From: a virus
DNA length: 64,000 nt
Reading direction: 5' to 3' (one strand)
IMG/VR virus record: IMGVR_UViG_3300029982_000012
Of the stretch, positions 44,305 through 53,788 are shown piece after piece; within the stretch, counting starts at the first letter, position 1, and each line of letters opens with the position of its first letter. The position numbers and the translations under genes are program-made. The notes under the pieces were generated by a model. It was not told the origin of the DNA and did no database searches. It was given only the letters and a program-made list of their open reading frames with translations.

Positions 44305-47046
44305 TTAAGCAATTCCCATCATCTGCCCGTTGACAAATATGGTGGTCGTAGTTTCCATCATTCCAACTTTGAAATTGGCATATCCAGAAGTAGAAGGAGG
44401 GGTCATAGTAAAAGTACCAGCAGAAGACAAGTAAGCTGGTTTACCTGCAACTGCAGTACCAGTAAACGCTGTATCTCCTGATCCGAAAGTATAAGTTCCT
44501 AATGAAACTACATCGATAGGACTTCCTTGGGCAACACCGGCAGCAGAGAATGCGATACCGATAACCCAAAAATTATCTGTAGTATTAGCGTTATCACTAG
44601 CTGCGACAACTTGTCCGGCCACAAATCCTGAATCGCCAGACATTGACATACGAACTGCATAACTGGTGTTAGCTGCGAATGTTTGACCCGCAATGAACAT
44701 TTGACTAGTAACTGGAGAACTTGCAACATATGCAGGAGTTCCAGCACCGCCCATAATAGTAACTTGGTCAAATGCACCAGTCGCTAATTGGGTAGCAGAA
44801 ACACCGGCAGCCTTGATTTCAAGGGTCCCACCAGCACCACTTTGATCAAGGGTGACGCCATCAGTAACAGTTCCTAATTTAGAAGCCGTTACTTTACCAG
44901 CACCAATAGTCGTAACACCAGCATTGCTGATGGTTACATCGCCAGTAGGTGTAACTGCTGCTGCAACGTTTGAGCCATTGCCGACAAAAATTTCACCAGA
45001 AGCTAATACGGAAGTAAGTTTGTTGTTGAATGTCGTCCAATCAGTTGATGACAAATAACCGTTTTGAGAGCCGCTCGCTTGCGCTTGAGCGATTGAAGTT
45101 CCAGATCCAATAACTGCACCTATACCATTGGTAACGATGATGCCATCAGTTCCAACGTCGGTAAGATTACCAAATGTCAGGGCAGATTGTTTATTGTTGA
45201 AGGTAGTCCAATCAGCAGAATCTAAGGCTCCGTTTGTAGAACCTGATGCTAATGCCAAAGATAGGATTTGACCAGAAAGACTTAGACCATTTGCAGTACC
45301 GATTGTGACATCGCCAGTATTGGTTCCACTTGAACTTCCAGAGAAGTTAGAAGCAGAAATCGCACCAGAGAAGTTAGAGGCTGCTGCAGTAATAGTTCCA
45401 GTGAAAGTAGGACTTGCACTGAAAACGACGTTTCCGCTACCTGTTGTTCCACTAACAGTTGTTCCTTGGATTTTTGCAACTGTTGCGGCTTCGGATTGTG
45501 ATCCGCTAGCAGCACTTGTAGTTACATCACCAGTTAATTGATTAATCGCATTAACTGTTACGGCACCTTGAGATCCGTTAACGCTACTGACACCAGCAGC
45601 TGGGGTAACAAGTACCCATGCTGAACCATTGTAAATAACGAGATCGCCAATTTGGAAATTGGTCATCGAAGGATCGTTTAATCCGCTTACTGGACTTGCA
45701 TCAGCAGCAGATACCCAATAAGTATAACCAGTAACGCCTGTACCATCTACGAGGGTAGGTGTATTGGTATTTGGATTCCAGTTACCTTTGAACTCCATGA
45801 GAGTAGCAGGGAGTTGGGAAAGAGGAACTTTTCCGCTTCCATCCAAAGAAGCTACGCCAGATGCTGCGCCGACTTCGGATTGAAGAACGTAAGTCGCAGA
45901 TAATGAAGGAATATCAGCGGCTACTAAAGCTCTAAATGTAGGTTGTGCTGCACTTCCTGAAGCAGGACCGGCGAACACTGCATTCGCGGATTGCGTTTCA
46001 AGAGTAATAGCAAGAGTTCCAGTGCTTGTAACTGGGCTACCACTGATAGAATAGATCGGAGTAGTGCTATCATCAGCAAAAGCAACGCTGGTAACTGTAC
46101 CGCTAGTCGCTGGACTTGCCCATGAAGGGGTACCACTACCAGAAACGGTGAGAACTTGGCCAGTAGTACCAATAGCGAGTCTAGATGCAGTATTAGTTGC
46201 ACTTTCATACTCGATATCGCCTTTTGTGGTCATTGGGCTTAAAGCATTATATGCTGCAGCAGCCGTTGATTGGCCAGTACCACCGTTTGCAATTGGAAGA
46301 ATTCCAGATACTTGGCTAGTAAGAGCAATAGATCCAGATAATTGTGAAGTAGGTAAACTTAATGCTGAAAGAGTCGTTAAAGTTGAATTGGATGTAGCAA
46401 CTAAACTAGTGGCAAAACTACCAGCAGTTGTTGTAATGTCACCAGTCAATGCTGGGAAATTTGAAGCCTGGATAGTCCCAGTTAACTGAGAGGTTGGGAG
46501 ACTTAAACTTGACAGAGTAGTCAATGTTGAATTGCTAGTTGCTGTAATGTTTGAAGCAGTACCGGTCGTATTCTGATTTAAAGTAGGAATATCAGCGGCT
46601 ACAATTGCTCTAAATGTAGGAGCGCCACTTGATCCATTAGGAGCAGCAAAGAATGTATTGGCAGCCTGACTAGCAAGAACAGCTGTCAAAGTACCACTAG
46701 AAGTAATTGGGGAAACCGTAACCGTGAAAACGCTAGAAGGAAGACTAAGGCCTACGCTGGTAACTGAACCGGCAGAAGCACTGGCCCAACTTAATACGCC
46801 TGTTCCATCGTTGGATAATACGTAACCAGAAGAAGCCGCCTGAGCAGGTGGCAATGTGAGTGTATAGGTACTTGTTACTGCTGAAGCATTGAGAATTACA
46901 TTTCCCGATGTAGAGCCATTTAATTCGATATTACCGGATACATCTAAGCCCCCAGCAACGGTTAAGATGTTGTTAGCATTGGAGAAATCGACCGTTCGAG
47001 GTACGCCGTTAATAAGCGATAAAAGCTTAGATACATAATTTGCCAT
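44305..47046 (-). CDS. modular tail fibre-like protein, paralogous to the 39920 gene
   Basis: Shared N-terminus SKxLSLINGVPRTVDFS and shared internal modules; Ser/Thr/Gly/Ala rich. Confidence 0.85.
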   Translation of the reverse strand: MANYVSKLLSLINGVPRTVDFSNANNILTVAGGLDVSGNIELNGSTSGNVILNASAVTSTYTLTLPPAQAASSGYVLSNDGTGVLSWASASAGSVTSVGLSLPSSVFTVTVSPITSSGTLTAVLASQAANTFFAAPNGSSGAPTFRAIVAADIPTLNQNTTGTASNITATSNSTLTTLSSLSLPTSQLTGTIQASNFPALTGDITTTAGSFATSLVATSNSTLTTLSALSLPTSQLSGSIALTSQVSGILPIANGGTGQSTAAAAYNALSPMTTKGDIEYESATNTASRLAIGTTGQVLTVSGSGTPSWASPATSGTVTSVAFADDSTTPIYSISGSPVTSTGTLAITLETQSANAVFAGPASGSAAQPTFRALVAADIPSLSATYVLQSEVGAASGVASLDGSGKVPLSQLPATLMEFKGNWNPNTNTPTLVDGTGVTGYTYWVSAADASPVSGLNDPSMTNFQIGDLVIYNGSAWVLVTPAAGVSSVNGSQGAVTVNAINQLTGDVTTSAASGSQSEAATVAKIQGTTVSGTTGSGNVVFSASPTFTGTITAAASNFSGAISASNFSGSSSGTNTGDVTIGTANGLSLSGQILSLALASGSTNGALDSADWTTFNNKQSALTFGNLTDVGTDGIIVTNGIGAVIGSGTSIAQAQASGSQNGYLSSTDWTTFNNKLTSVLASGEIFVGNGSNVAAAVTPTGDVTISNAGVTTIGAGKVTASKLGTVTDGVTLDQSGAGGTLEIKAAGVSATQLATGAFDQVTIMGGAGTPAYVASSPVTSQMFIAGQTFAANTSYAVRMSMSGDSGFVAGQVVAASDNANTTDNFWVIGIAFSAAGVAQGSPIDVVSLGTYTFGSGDTAFTGTAVAGKPAYLSSAGTFTMTPPSTSGYANFKVGMMETTTTIFVNGQMMGIA

Positions 47047-47094
47047 TTGTTATATTTCCTTTAAGATAATTTCTCCAGTTTATTTCTATAAATT

Positions 47095-47102
47095 TAAGAT
47101 TG
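47095..47102 (-). promoter_or_regulatory. CAATCTTA putative late promoter
   Basis: Exact motif shared by five - strand gaps upstream of genes in the virion region. Confidence 0.65.
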
Positions 47103-47160
47103 TGGTGCTTCCTGGGGCCTATTTAAAAACTAAAATAAATTAATAACTTACAAAAATACT

Positions 47161-47610
47161 CTACAATGTTGCTACCATTTGAGTAAATAGGGCTATATCT
47201 ATCTCAGAAGGATTGGCTTCATTAGGGACTAAAACGCCCATAAAAATTACCATATCGCCGCTTACAAACCCATTTACTCCAACTGAAGGAATGATATTTG
47301 TAGGATTTCCGTTCGTATCTATATAAAGCGCGGTTCCAATGGCATAAGAAGTGGTGATATTCTGTAAGCGACCATTTGCGATAATTGGTCCTTGAGCAGA
47401 AGCTGGTATGCGGACATTAGCGTAACCCACGAAATTTTGCCAACTTGCCTGATTTGAAACATCCAAAGGAACTAATGTTCCTGAATTGTTAATTGAACAC
47501 GCCTGAGCTTGAGGAATCGCAACGCTCGCTGAAAAATTGGTATAATCAGTTACTAGTGAAGTTGCACTACCTAAACTCTCTGGATTAAAACTGAAAGGAG
47601 TATATGACAT
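47161..47610 (-). CDS. virion protein (capsid-cement/decoration-like beta domain)
   Basis: VGYA...GPIIANGRL...YAIGTALYIDTNG pattern. Confidence 0.6.
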   Translation of the reverse strand: MSYTPFSFNPESLGSATSLVTDYTNFSASVAIPQAQACSINNSGTLVPLDVSNQASWQNFVGYANVRIPASAQGPIIANGRLQNITTSYAIGTALYIDTNGNPTNIIPSVGVNGFVSGDMVIFMGVLVPNEANPSEIDIALFTQMVATL

Positions 47611-47611
47611 A

Positions 47612-50551
47612 TTAGAATACCCACCATTGTCCACCGGATGAAATTAATGATACGGATTGATATTGAAAACCTACCACGAAAGAACTTATATCGTTGATAG
47701 TATCTACTCCGCTTCCTACTATTGTTAGGGCATTTGCAGAACTATCTCCTTTTCGGCAATAAAAAATTCGTCCGGTATTTCCTGCAGCGGGAGGTAGAGT
47801 AAAAGTAATTGCTCCAGAAGTACAGTCAGCCGTTAAAAAACAGTCGCTGGTCAGAATGGTATAATTACCAACCTTAGTTGACACTGCAACTGGACCACCG
47901 GCAGCATTGAAGCCTGCTGGACCTGCGGGACCTGTTGGACCGGCTGGACCTGCGGGACCAACGCCACCGCCTCCACCGCCTCCTCCGCCGCCGCCAAGTC
48001 TGAATTCTAAACTATCTCCAGCAACTAAGCCGCCTCCTGGCATTGCTAAAATTTCGATTGTGCTACTTGGAGTGTTTGGAGCACCAACTTCTTCGTATGC
48101 TCCTGTTTCGATATCTAAAAATTGTCCATTTAAAAATACTTGGAGCGTTCCTTTTCCTACAGTATACTGTGCAGGAATATTTCCTTCTCTTGAATTATTT
48201 GGTAAGGTAATGATTGAACCATTGGCAACTGGGCCAATAATAGAAGAAGGAGGTGTTGCACCACTTGCAACAACTGAAACTATTTCATCGTATGTTGGAG
48301 AATCAAGAGATGCATATAAATTACCAAACGCTTGGTCGAGTTCTTTGATAGCTAAAGTTAAATTATCGCCATCATGAATTACATAGTTACCAGATCCAGT
48401 TCCTACTTGTGTTGTAGAAACCGCAAAAGGCGTGCCTACATTACCATTACTCGTTGCATTAGCAGTACCGGCAGAAGTATTAGTTACTGTTACAATTCCA
48501 ACACCTGCTACTGCACTAAAATTTCCAGATGCTTCGGTATTTAAGACGGTAGCCAATTTTGAGGCAACTGTGGTTGCACTGTCAGCACTAGAAACATCGA
48601 CTTCTAAATAAGAATTAACGCCTGCTACTACTGGCTTGCCACCACCGCTATTGACATTAAACCAGACAGCATACTGCATTGCGTTTGCAGAAGAATTAAT
48701 AAGAAAATATTCACCAGTAGTAATTGTAGAGCCTGCACCAACAGTAATGGCCGTAATTTGTGGAATAGAATTTGGATTTACCGAATTAACATACTGAGGT
48801 TGAGAAGATGCGCTTGATGAGGCCCCAATATATTGAAGCAATTCTTTTGAGGTCGTACCGCTAATTTCAACTGATTCTCCATTGTCAAGTTCTTGACCTA
48901 AAAATCTAACATAGACTCGTGGGCTTCCACCATTGTCCTCGCGTAAAAATAACCAAAACAAATTACCAGAAACCGGTACTGCATTTCGAGCAGCAATATA
49001 GATGTTACGATTGGTAGATGGAGTTGGAGCTGCTGTATAGGTACCAAACGCATATTTTGCTTGTGCGCCACCAATTCCAGTATTGTCGCCAACCACAACA
49101 TTTGTTTTTAAGGTCACTGTATACGCATTGTTTACAGTTTCAATCTGGTAATATCCAGCAGATGTATTTGAAGCAACTTTAATGTAGTCGCCAGCTAATA
49201 AGCCTGAAGTCCAAGAAACAGAGCCTACTGAAGTTACGGTAGGGGATCCACCAACAAAAATTAAATTAGGTCCAATCACTACATCCCGTACCAAAGTAAT
49301 ATAGGCTACTTCATCGTCGGTAAGAGTGATATCTGCAGAAGAAGGATTTGCAGTTAAACTATATGTCAAAGAAGATCCAATTACTCGAATTTCAATGTCT
49401 TGATCCCAGTTAATTTGACCTGGAGTAGTGATAACGCTTGGAGAGTAAAAAGTAAGTGAAGCACCGGTAATTGTAAGCGTGGCTTCTTGGCTCATCGTGA
49501 TAGTTGAACCAGAAATATTTATGATAGTGGTATTTTGAGGAATTCCTGTACCAAAAATGTAGTCGCCATTTACAAGACCTACTGTAGACGCCAGGGTCGA
49601 AATCGTGTTGTTACCCGTGGAGATATTCCCTGAAGTCCCAAGGACAGGATCTGAATTTGGCAGGATACCATTTGAAATCTCTCCAGATCCGGTAACAACA
49701 GTATTACCTAGATCTTGAAAAATACTTTGAAGGGAAGGAGGCGCTCCTCCTCCAGATGGCCCAGAGAACCAATATGGAGTTCCTTTGATCTCCAAAAGGG
49801 TAGTCATTATGGCATTTTCCCAATCCTTAGCACATGTAAGTTGCTTATCGCCACCACTAAATGGATCTACTGAATTTGAAGTAGTAGTAACTGGAGCCTG
49901 ATTTCTACCTGCTGCCCAAGGGTACATATAACTTGGATTTGGATTGAGTCCACCTGTCTCAAGGCTATAAAGCATCCAACGGCAATCAGAGATGGAAGTA
50001 ACATTACCATTTGAGTCGGTAGTTACTATAGCAATAGGGAGCACATTAATCGCCCATACTGAAGTTGTAATGTAAAGTTTGAAAGTTAATGTTTGTGCCG
50101 CAGGAGCGATTGTAGTGATCTCGTTGATTGCAGCAGCACTCCAAATATATTTAGTTTCATCTGTTGACGAATCTGCAAATCTATTGTAATCTATACCTAC
50201 GTAATTAGTGGAATTTGGAGCAAAAGATCCAGATACATTCGTATTCGTAGCAGCGTTCAGTACTTGATTTGGAGTACCTGTAGGAGTTTGAAAAATGGTC
50301 CCTGAGACAGAAGCATTGATGTTTATTACGCTACCCGGATCCACTACTAATTGGAGTCCGTTTGCAGGAGCTCCGATTGCTCCAGAGACTAAGATATTGA
50401 ATCCACGAACGATGTACCCTTGGGTCGTATTCGTCCAAAGAGCGGTTACCATCGTATCAAAATCGTTACGAACCCCAGATTCTATCCGTCTGGCATCGCT
50501 AATGTTATAACGCTGTTCGCTTAATAGATTTGAGGTAGTTAATATGGCCAT
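47612..50551 (-). CDS. baseplate/tail-associated structural protein with short collagen-like segment
   Basis: 979 aa; poly-Gly then GPAGPAGPTGPAGPAG; contains modules shared with the baseplate genes. Confidence 0.75.
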   Translation of the reverse strand: MAILTTSNLLSEQRYNISDARRIESGVRNDFDTMVTALWTNTTQGYIVRGFNILVSGAIGAPANGLQLVVDPGSVININASVSGTIFQTPTGTPNQVLNAATNTNVSGSFAPNSTNYVGIDYNRFADSSTDETKYIWSAAAINEITTIAPAAQTLTFKLYITTSVWAINVLPIAIVTTDSNGNVTSISDCRWMLYSLETGGLNPNPSYMYPWAAGRNQAPVTTTSNSVDPFSGGDKQLTCAKDWENAIMTTLLEIKGTPYWFSGPSGGGAPPSLQSIFQDLGNTVVTGSGEISNGILPNSDPVLGTSGNISTGNNTISTLASTVGLVNGDYIFGTGIPQNTTIINISGSTITMSQEATLTITGASLTFYSPSVITTPGQINWDQDIEIRVIGSSLTYSLTANPSSADITLTDDEVAYITLVRDVVIGPNLIFVGGSPTVTSVGSVSWTSGLLAGDYIKVASNTSAGYYQIETVNNAYTVTLKTNVVVGDNTGIGGAQAKYAFGTYTAAPTPSTNRNIYIAARNAVPVSGNLFWLFLREDNGGSPRVYVRFLGQELDNGESVEISGTTSKELLQYIGASSSASSQPQYVNSVNPNSIPQITAITVGAGSTITTGEYFLINSSANAMQYAVWFNVNSGGGKPVVAGVNSYLEVDVSSADSATTVASKLATVLNTEASGNFSAVAGVGIVTVTNTSAGTANATSNGNVGTPFAVSTTQVGTGSGNYVIHDGDNLTLAIKELDQAFGNLYASLDSPTYDEIVSVVASGATPPSSIIGPVANGSIITLPNNSREGNIPAQYTVGKGTLQVFLNGQFLDIETGAYEEVGAPNTPSSTIEILAMPGGGLVAGDSLEFRLGGGGGGGGGGGVGPAGPAGPTGPAGPAGFNAAGGPVAVSTKVGNYTILTSDCFLTADCTSGAITFTLPPAAGNTGRIFYCRKGDSSANALTIVGSGVDTINDISSFVVGFQYQSVSLISSGGQWWVF

Positions 50552-50569
50552 GTATTAGTCCTTAGATAA

Positions 50570-50611
50570 TAAGATTGTCATTAAGGTTATATCGTATTAA
50601 CTTGAATCTTA
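50570..50611. promoter_or_regulatory. divergent promoter region: CAATCTTA (-, 50570-50577), ACGATATA (-, 50588-50595), AATCTTA (+, 50605-50611)
   Basis: Motifs read directly between divergent ORFs 50551(-) and 50639(+). Confidence 0.6.
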
Positions 50612-50638
50612 TAGGTAGAAGTAACCTAGAGGTACCCG

Positions 50639-51034
50639 GTGGGCAAAACTAGAATTGGCCGCAAAGAATACAACACCATACAGGAATTTAAGCATAAAAT
50701 TCAAGCACTTAAGCGTGAAAACGACGATTTGCGTAAACGACTGGCGAGAATAAAACTCGATGAATACGGTCAATTAAAGAAAACTATCAAAAAACACTAT
50801 AAAAAGGAAGAAACTCAGCAAGGCAATGATATACTTGATAAAGTTAGGCAAGAATGGCGTTGTAAGGAACCAAATTGTGCTGGCTTTTTGGAGATTTTTT
50901 TGTATAATAAACTGAGCGAGACTTGGTACTTTAGACGCTGTAGTGAAAATATGTGTAAAAATAGAACGAAAGCCAAGAAATACGATCCAAATTCAGTAAA
51001 AGGCATCATCAAGAAAGAAACAAAAAGTGAGTAA
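50639..51034 (+). CDS. coiled-coil plus zinc-ribbon hypothetical protein
   Basis: CKEPNC...CSENMC; GAGGT SD. Confidence 0.7.
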   Translation: MGKTRIGRKEYNTIQEFKHKIQALKRENDDLRKRLARIKLDEYGQLKKTIKKHYKKEETQQGNDILDKVRQEWRCKEPNCAGFLEIFLYNKLSETWYFRRCSENMCKNRTKAKKYDPNSVKGIIKKETKSE

Positions 51035-51224
51035 ATTCAAAGAAGGCGATGTAGTAATGGTAAGCACCTGTCAGGCAGGAACGATTTGTGGCTTTATCAA
51101 TGGAGTTATGGTTTTGTTGCAAAATAAAGATATTTGGTACGGAAAAGAATCTGAATGCTGGGAACCGACTAGTCCAGAGGAATTAGCAGCCGCAAAATTA
51201 GATTTCGATCGATTTAAGAAGTAA
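51027..51224 (+). CDS. small SH3/KOW-like hypothetical protein
   Basis: KFKEGDVVMV...GTICG. Confidence 0.6.
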   Translation: MSKFKEGDVVMVSTCQAGTICGFINGVMVLLQNKDIWYGKESECWEPTSPEELAAAKLDFDRFKK

Positions 51225-51229
51225 AATCA

Positions 51230-51288
51230 ACTATTTACATTTTTACTAACGATATTCTGAAATTTTTGAATATAGCGTTGATAAATAG
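51230..51288. terminator. imperfect AT-rich hairpin between convergent genes
   Basis: ACTATTTA/TAAATAGT enclosing AACG-ATATTC/GAATAT-ag-CGTT. Confidence 0.35.
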
Positions 51289-51299
51289 TATATACGTAA

Positions 51300-52052
51300 T
51301 TACTCAGTAATCCAATATTTGGCGTAGGGATTGGTTACTTTAGGTTGATAATAAATTTGACAAACATCAGTCATGCCTAAAGGATAAGCGTTATAAAGCC
51401 TTCTAAGCCATATTTTAGAAGCTAACCAACAAAGAAGACTTGTGGGGGCAGTCGCCTGAATTAAGTGCCAAGCAAGTCTCCTAGCATCGGTATTTCCAAC
51501 ATCGGTACCCATACAACTTAAGGCTATTACAAATGCAGCGTACCAATAAAATAAATGGGCGCTTAATCTGGCAAGCCAATGTAACGGATTCCATAGACTG
51601 GGAAAGGCTCCAGAAACCATACATGCTACTAATTGAGGCTGTCTGAGTAACCAGGCGTCCCAATTCCCGATATGGCCTGGATTGGTGCTATCCATAAAAC
51701 CCAAATATTTTATCATTGCCAAAAGGAATTTGCGAGGAATTTTAGTATTTCTTAAATTTTTACATCCTGAAAGCACGCCATAATAATCGTCAACCGACTC
51801 CAATGAATCGATCTGAGTGACAGGAACTCTATTTAAAATTCCTTGTGGAAAAATACACTGCTCGATTTTTTGATTATAGTCAATTTTGTCCTGATCGCTT
51901 AACATGCTATTTTTTGCAAGAATTACGTAGTATTCTGCAGTGAAACAGGTGCCATTATCCGAACCCTTACCTGTTGATGGTTGAGATTGTGGGTTTGGGG
52001 CCATTAAACCGTTTCCATCGATATAAATACAAAAATCAGAACGAAGTGTCAT
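51300..52052 (-). CDS. hypothetical protein (250 aa, Trp-rich hydrophobic C-terminal half)
   Basis: ORF with CAATCTTA 7 nt upstream of its ATG. Confidence 0.7.
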   Translation of the reverse strand: MTLRSDFCIYIDGNGLMAPNPQSQPSTGKGSDNGTCFTAEYYVILAKNSMLSDQDKIDYNQKIEQCIFPQGILNRVPVTQIDSLESVDDYYGVLSGCKNLRNTKIPRKFLLAMIKYLGFMDSTNPGHIGNWDAWLLRQPQLVACMVSGAFPSLWNPLHWLARLSAHLFYWYAAFVIALSCMGTDVGNTDARRLAWHLIQATAPTSLLCWLASKIWLRRLYNAYPLGMTDVCQIYYQPKVTNPYAKYWITE

Positions 52053-52059
52053 ATCTACT

Positions 52060-52067
52060 TAAGATTG
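52060..52067 (-). promoter_or_regulatory. CAATCTTA putative late promoter (leaderless)
   Basis: Ends 7 nt before ATG 52052. Confidence 0.65.
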
Positions 52068-52083
52068 CAGCCCTTTAAAGACC

Positions 52084-52112
52084 TTGTCAAATGCCTATAT
52101 GTCAGGTATTAT
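52084..52112 (+). promoter_or_regulatory. sigma-70-type promoter
   Basis: TTGTCA-17-TATTAT, then GGAGGT SD. Confidence 0.65.
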
Positions 52113-52130
52113 ATGTTATGGAGGTATTGA

Positions 52131-52559
52131 ATGAACTATTATTCAATCATTTTTTCTGCAGCAAAGGCTGCTAAGGTATCGGGACTGCTTCTCTACGCAA
52201 TCTGTGGATACGAATCAAACGATTTCACCCAAACGTATGTAGCCCAAGATCACGGATCTCCAAGTGTAGGAATCTGTATGGTGAAATTAAATACAGCTCA
52301 GATGCTTGGCTATAAAGGTACATTGGTAGATCTACAAAAACCAGAAGTTAACGCAAAGTATGCTGCTCTTTATTTGAAATACCAACAAGATCGTTATGGA
52401 TCTGATGATTGGTGTAAAATTTCTGCCGCTTATAATTCGGGAAGTTTCCTTGAAAGTAAGAAGGCTCCAGGAAAACCAAAAAATCTAGAGTATGTAAAAA
52501 GAGTTCAGAAAAAACTTGCCGAGGACATAAGAGACAAGTTATCATGTGATAAGGAGTAA
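52131..52559 (+). CDS. lytic transglycosylase (SLT domain)
   Basis: AICGYES (catalytic Glu), GICMVKLNTA, PEVNAKYAALYL, SAAYNSG, YVKRV. Confidence 0.85.
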   Translation: MNYYSIIFSAAKAAKVSGLLLYAICGYESNDFTQTYVAQDHGSPSVGICMVKLNTAQMLGYKGTLVDLQKPEVNAKYAALYLKYQQDRYGSDDWCKISAAYNSGSFLESKKAPGKPKNLEYVKRVQKKLAEDIRDKLSCDKE

Positions 52560-52560
52560 T

Positions 52561-53244
52561 ATGAGATATTTCACTTCAGATCCCCACTACTACCATAAAA
52601 ATGTCATTAGATATTGTAACCGCCCATTCACCAGGAATGTCGATAAATTAACGGAACTAACTGGTGGATTTGCTCCAGCGTTTGAACTTAATTTGGCTAT
52701 CGAAAGAGATGTCGTGGAAATGAATGGGGCTCTCATAGCTAATTGGAACTCAATAGTGACTCCAGAAGACGAGGTTGTTGTAGTTGGAGATTTTTCCATG
52801 GCTTTGAGGCCTGTTGAACTATATACGAATCGCCTCAACGGGCGTAAAATTCTCGTTGCTGGAAATCACGATTTTTGTCATCCCGCACATAAAAAATCCA
52901 AGAATCCAGAAAATCAAAAGAAGTGGACCGACAAATACCTATATTGGGGATGGTCTGAAGTACACCTAAAAATGGAATTAGATCTTCCCGGTATTGGTTT
53001 GGTCAATGTATCTCATATGCCATATAAAGGTGGAAGCGATTCAGGTGACGAAGAACGTCACGAAAAGCATCGATTGGATGATGACGGAAAAATTCTTATT
53101 CATGGACATATTCATGAAAAAGGATTGATTACAAGATCCCGTAAAGGAACCTTACAGTTAAATGTAGGCGTAGATGTTTGGGGCATGAAACCAGTTTCTG
53201 AAGAAGAAGTAATTAGGGCTATTTTAAATGCAAAAAGAAATTAA
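52561..53244 (+). CDS. calcineurin-like metallophosphoesterase
   Basis: TSDPH, VGDFS, AGNHD, SHMP, HGHIH, NVGVD. Confidence 0.9.
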   Translation: MRYFTSDPHYYHKNVIRYCNRPFTRNVDKLTELTGGFAPAFELNLAIERDVVEMNGALIANWNSIVTPEDEVVVVGDFSMALRPVELYTNRLNGRKILVAGNHDFCHPAHKKSKNPENQKKWTDKYLYWGWSEVHLKMELDLPGIGLVNVSHMPYKGGSDSGDEERHEKHRLDDDGKILIHGHIHEKGLITRSRKGTLQLNVGVDVWGMKPVSEEEVIRAILNAKRN

Positions 53245-53788
53245 GCCAATTGAAATTTTCACTTCTTTGGATTTGGAGATGAACAATAAAGAAGGCAAGA
53301 AGATCATTCAGATTGGTGCTGTTGTGGGGAATATCACGACAGGCGAAATTTTAGAAACACTATCCATAATTGTAAACCCTAAAGAGCAACTTACCGATTT
53401 CATAATTGGACTTACTGGAATCACTCAAAATGATGTTGACAATGGCGTAACTTTAGAAGAAGCTTATTTAAAATTAAAAGAAATGCATTTAAGACACAAA
53501 AGTTTTATTAATTGTATCACTTGGGGCGGAGGAGACTCACACGAACTTGCAGAACAACTCCTGAAAGAGAATCCAAATTTTACGGGCTGGTATTTTGGGC
53601 GTCGTTGGATTGATGCAAAAACCTTATTTGTGTCATGGCGTTTTGCAAACGGCCAACCTATTCAGGGTGGTCTTGCCCGAAGTATGACAAAAGTTGGACT
53701 AAAATTTAAAGGTCGTAAACACAACGCTCTAGATGACGCCACAAATACGTTCCATATGTATAGAGCGATGCTTGGAAAACTTAAATGA
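53228..53788 (+). CDS. DEDDh 3'-5' exonuclease (ERI-1/KapD-like)
   Basis: LDLEM, LTGITQ, TWGGGD, FKGRKHNALDDA. Confidence 0.88.
   Translation: MQKEIKPIEIFTSLDLEMNNKEGKKIIQIGAVVGNITTGEILETLSIIVNPKEQLTDFIIGLTGITQNDVDNGVTLEEAYLKLKEMHLRHKSFINCITWGGGDSHELAEQLLKENPNFTGWYFGRRWIDAKTLFVSWRFANGQPIQGGLARSMTKVGLKFKGRKHNALDDATNTFHMYRAMLGKLK

Noticed and set aside
35853-47046. Diversity-generating retroelement or CRISPR array behind the repeats
   Set aside because: Repeats are in-frame protein modules diverging at synonymous sites; no reverse transcriptase, adenine-specific TR/VR pair or repeat-spacer periodicity was seen.
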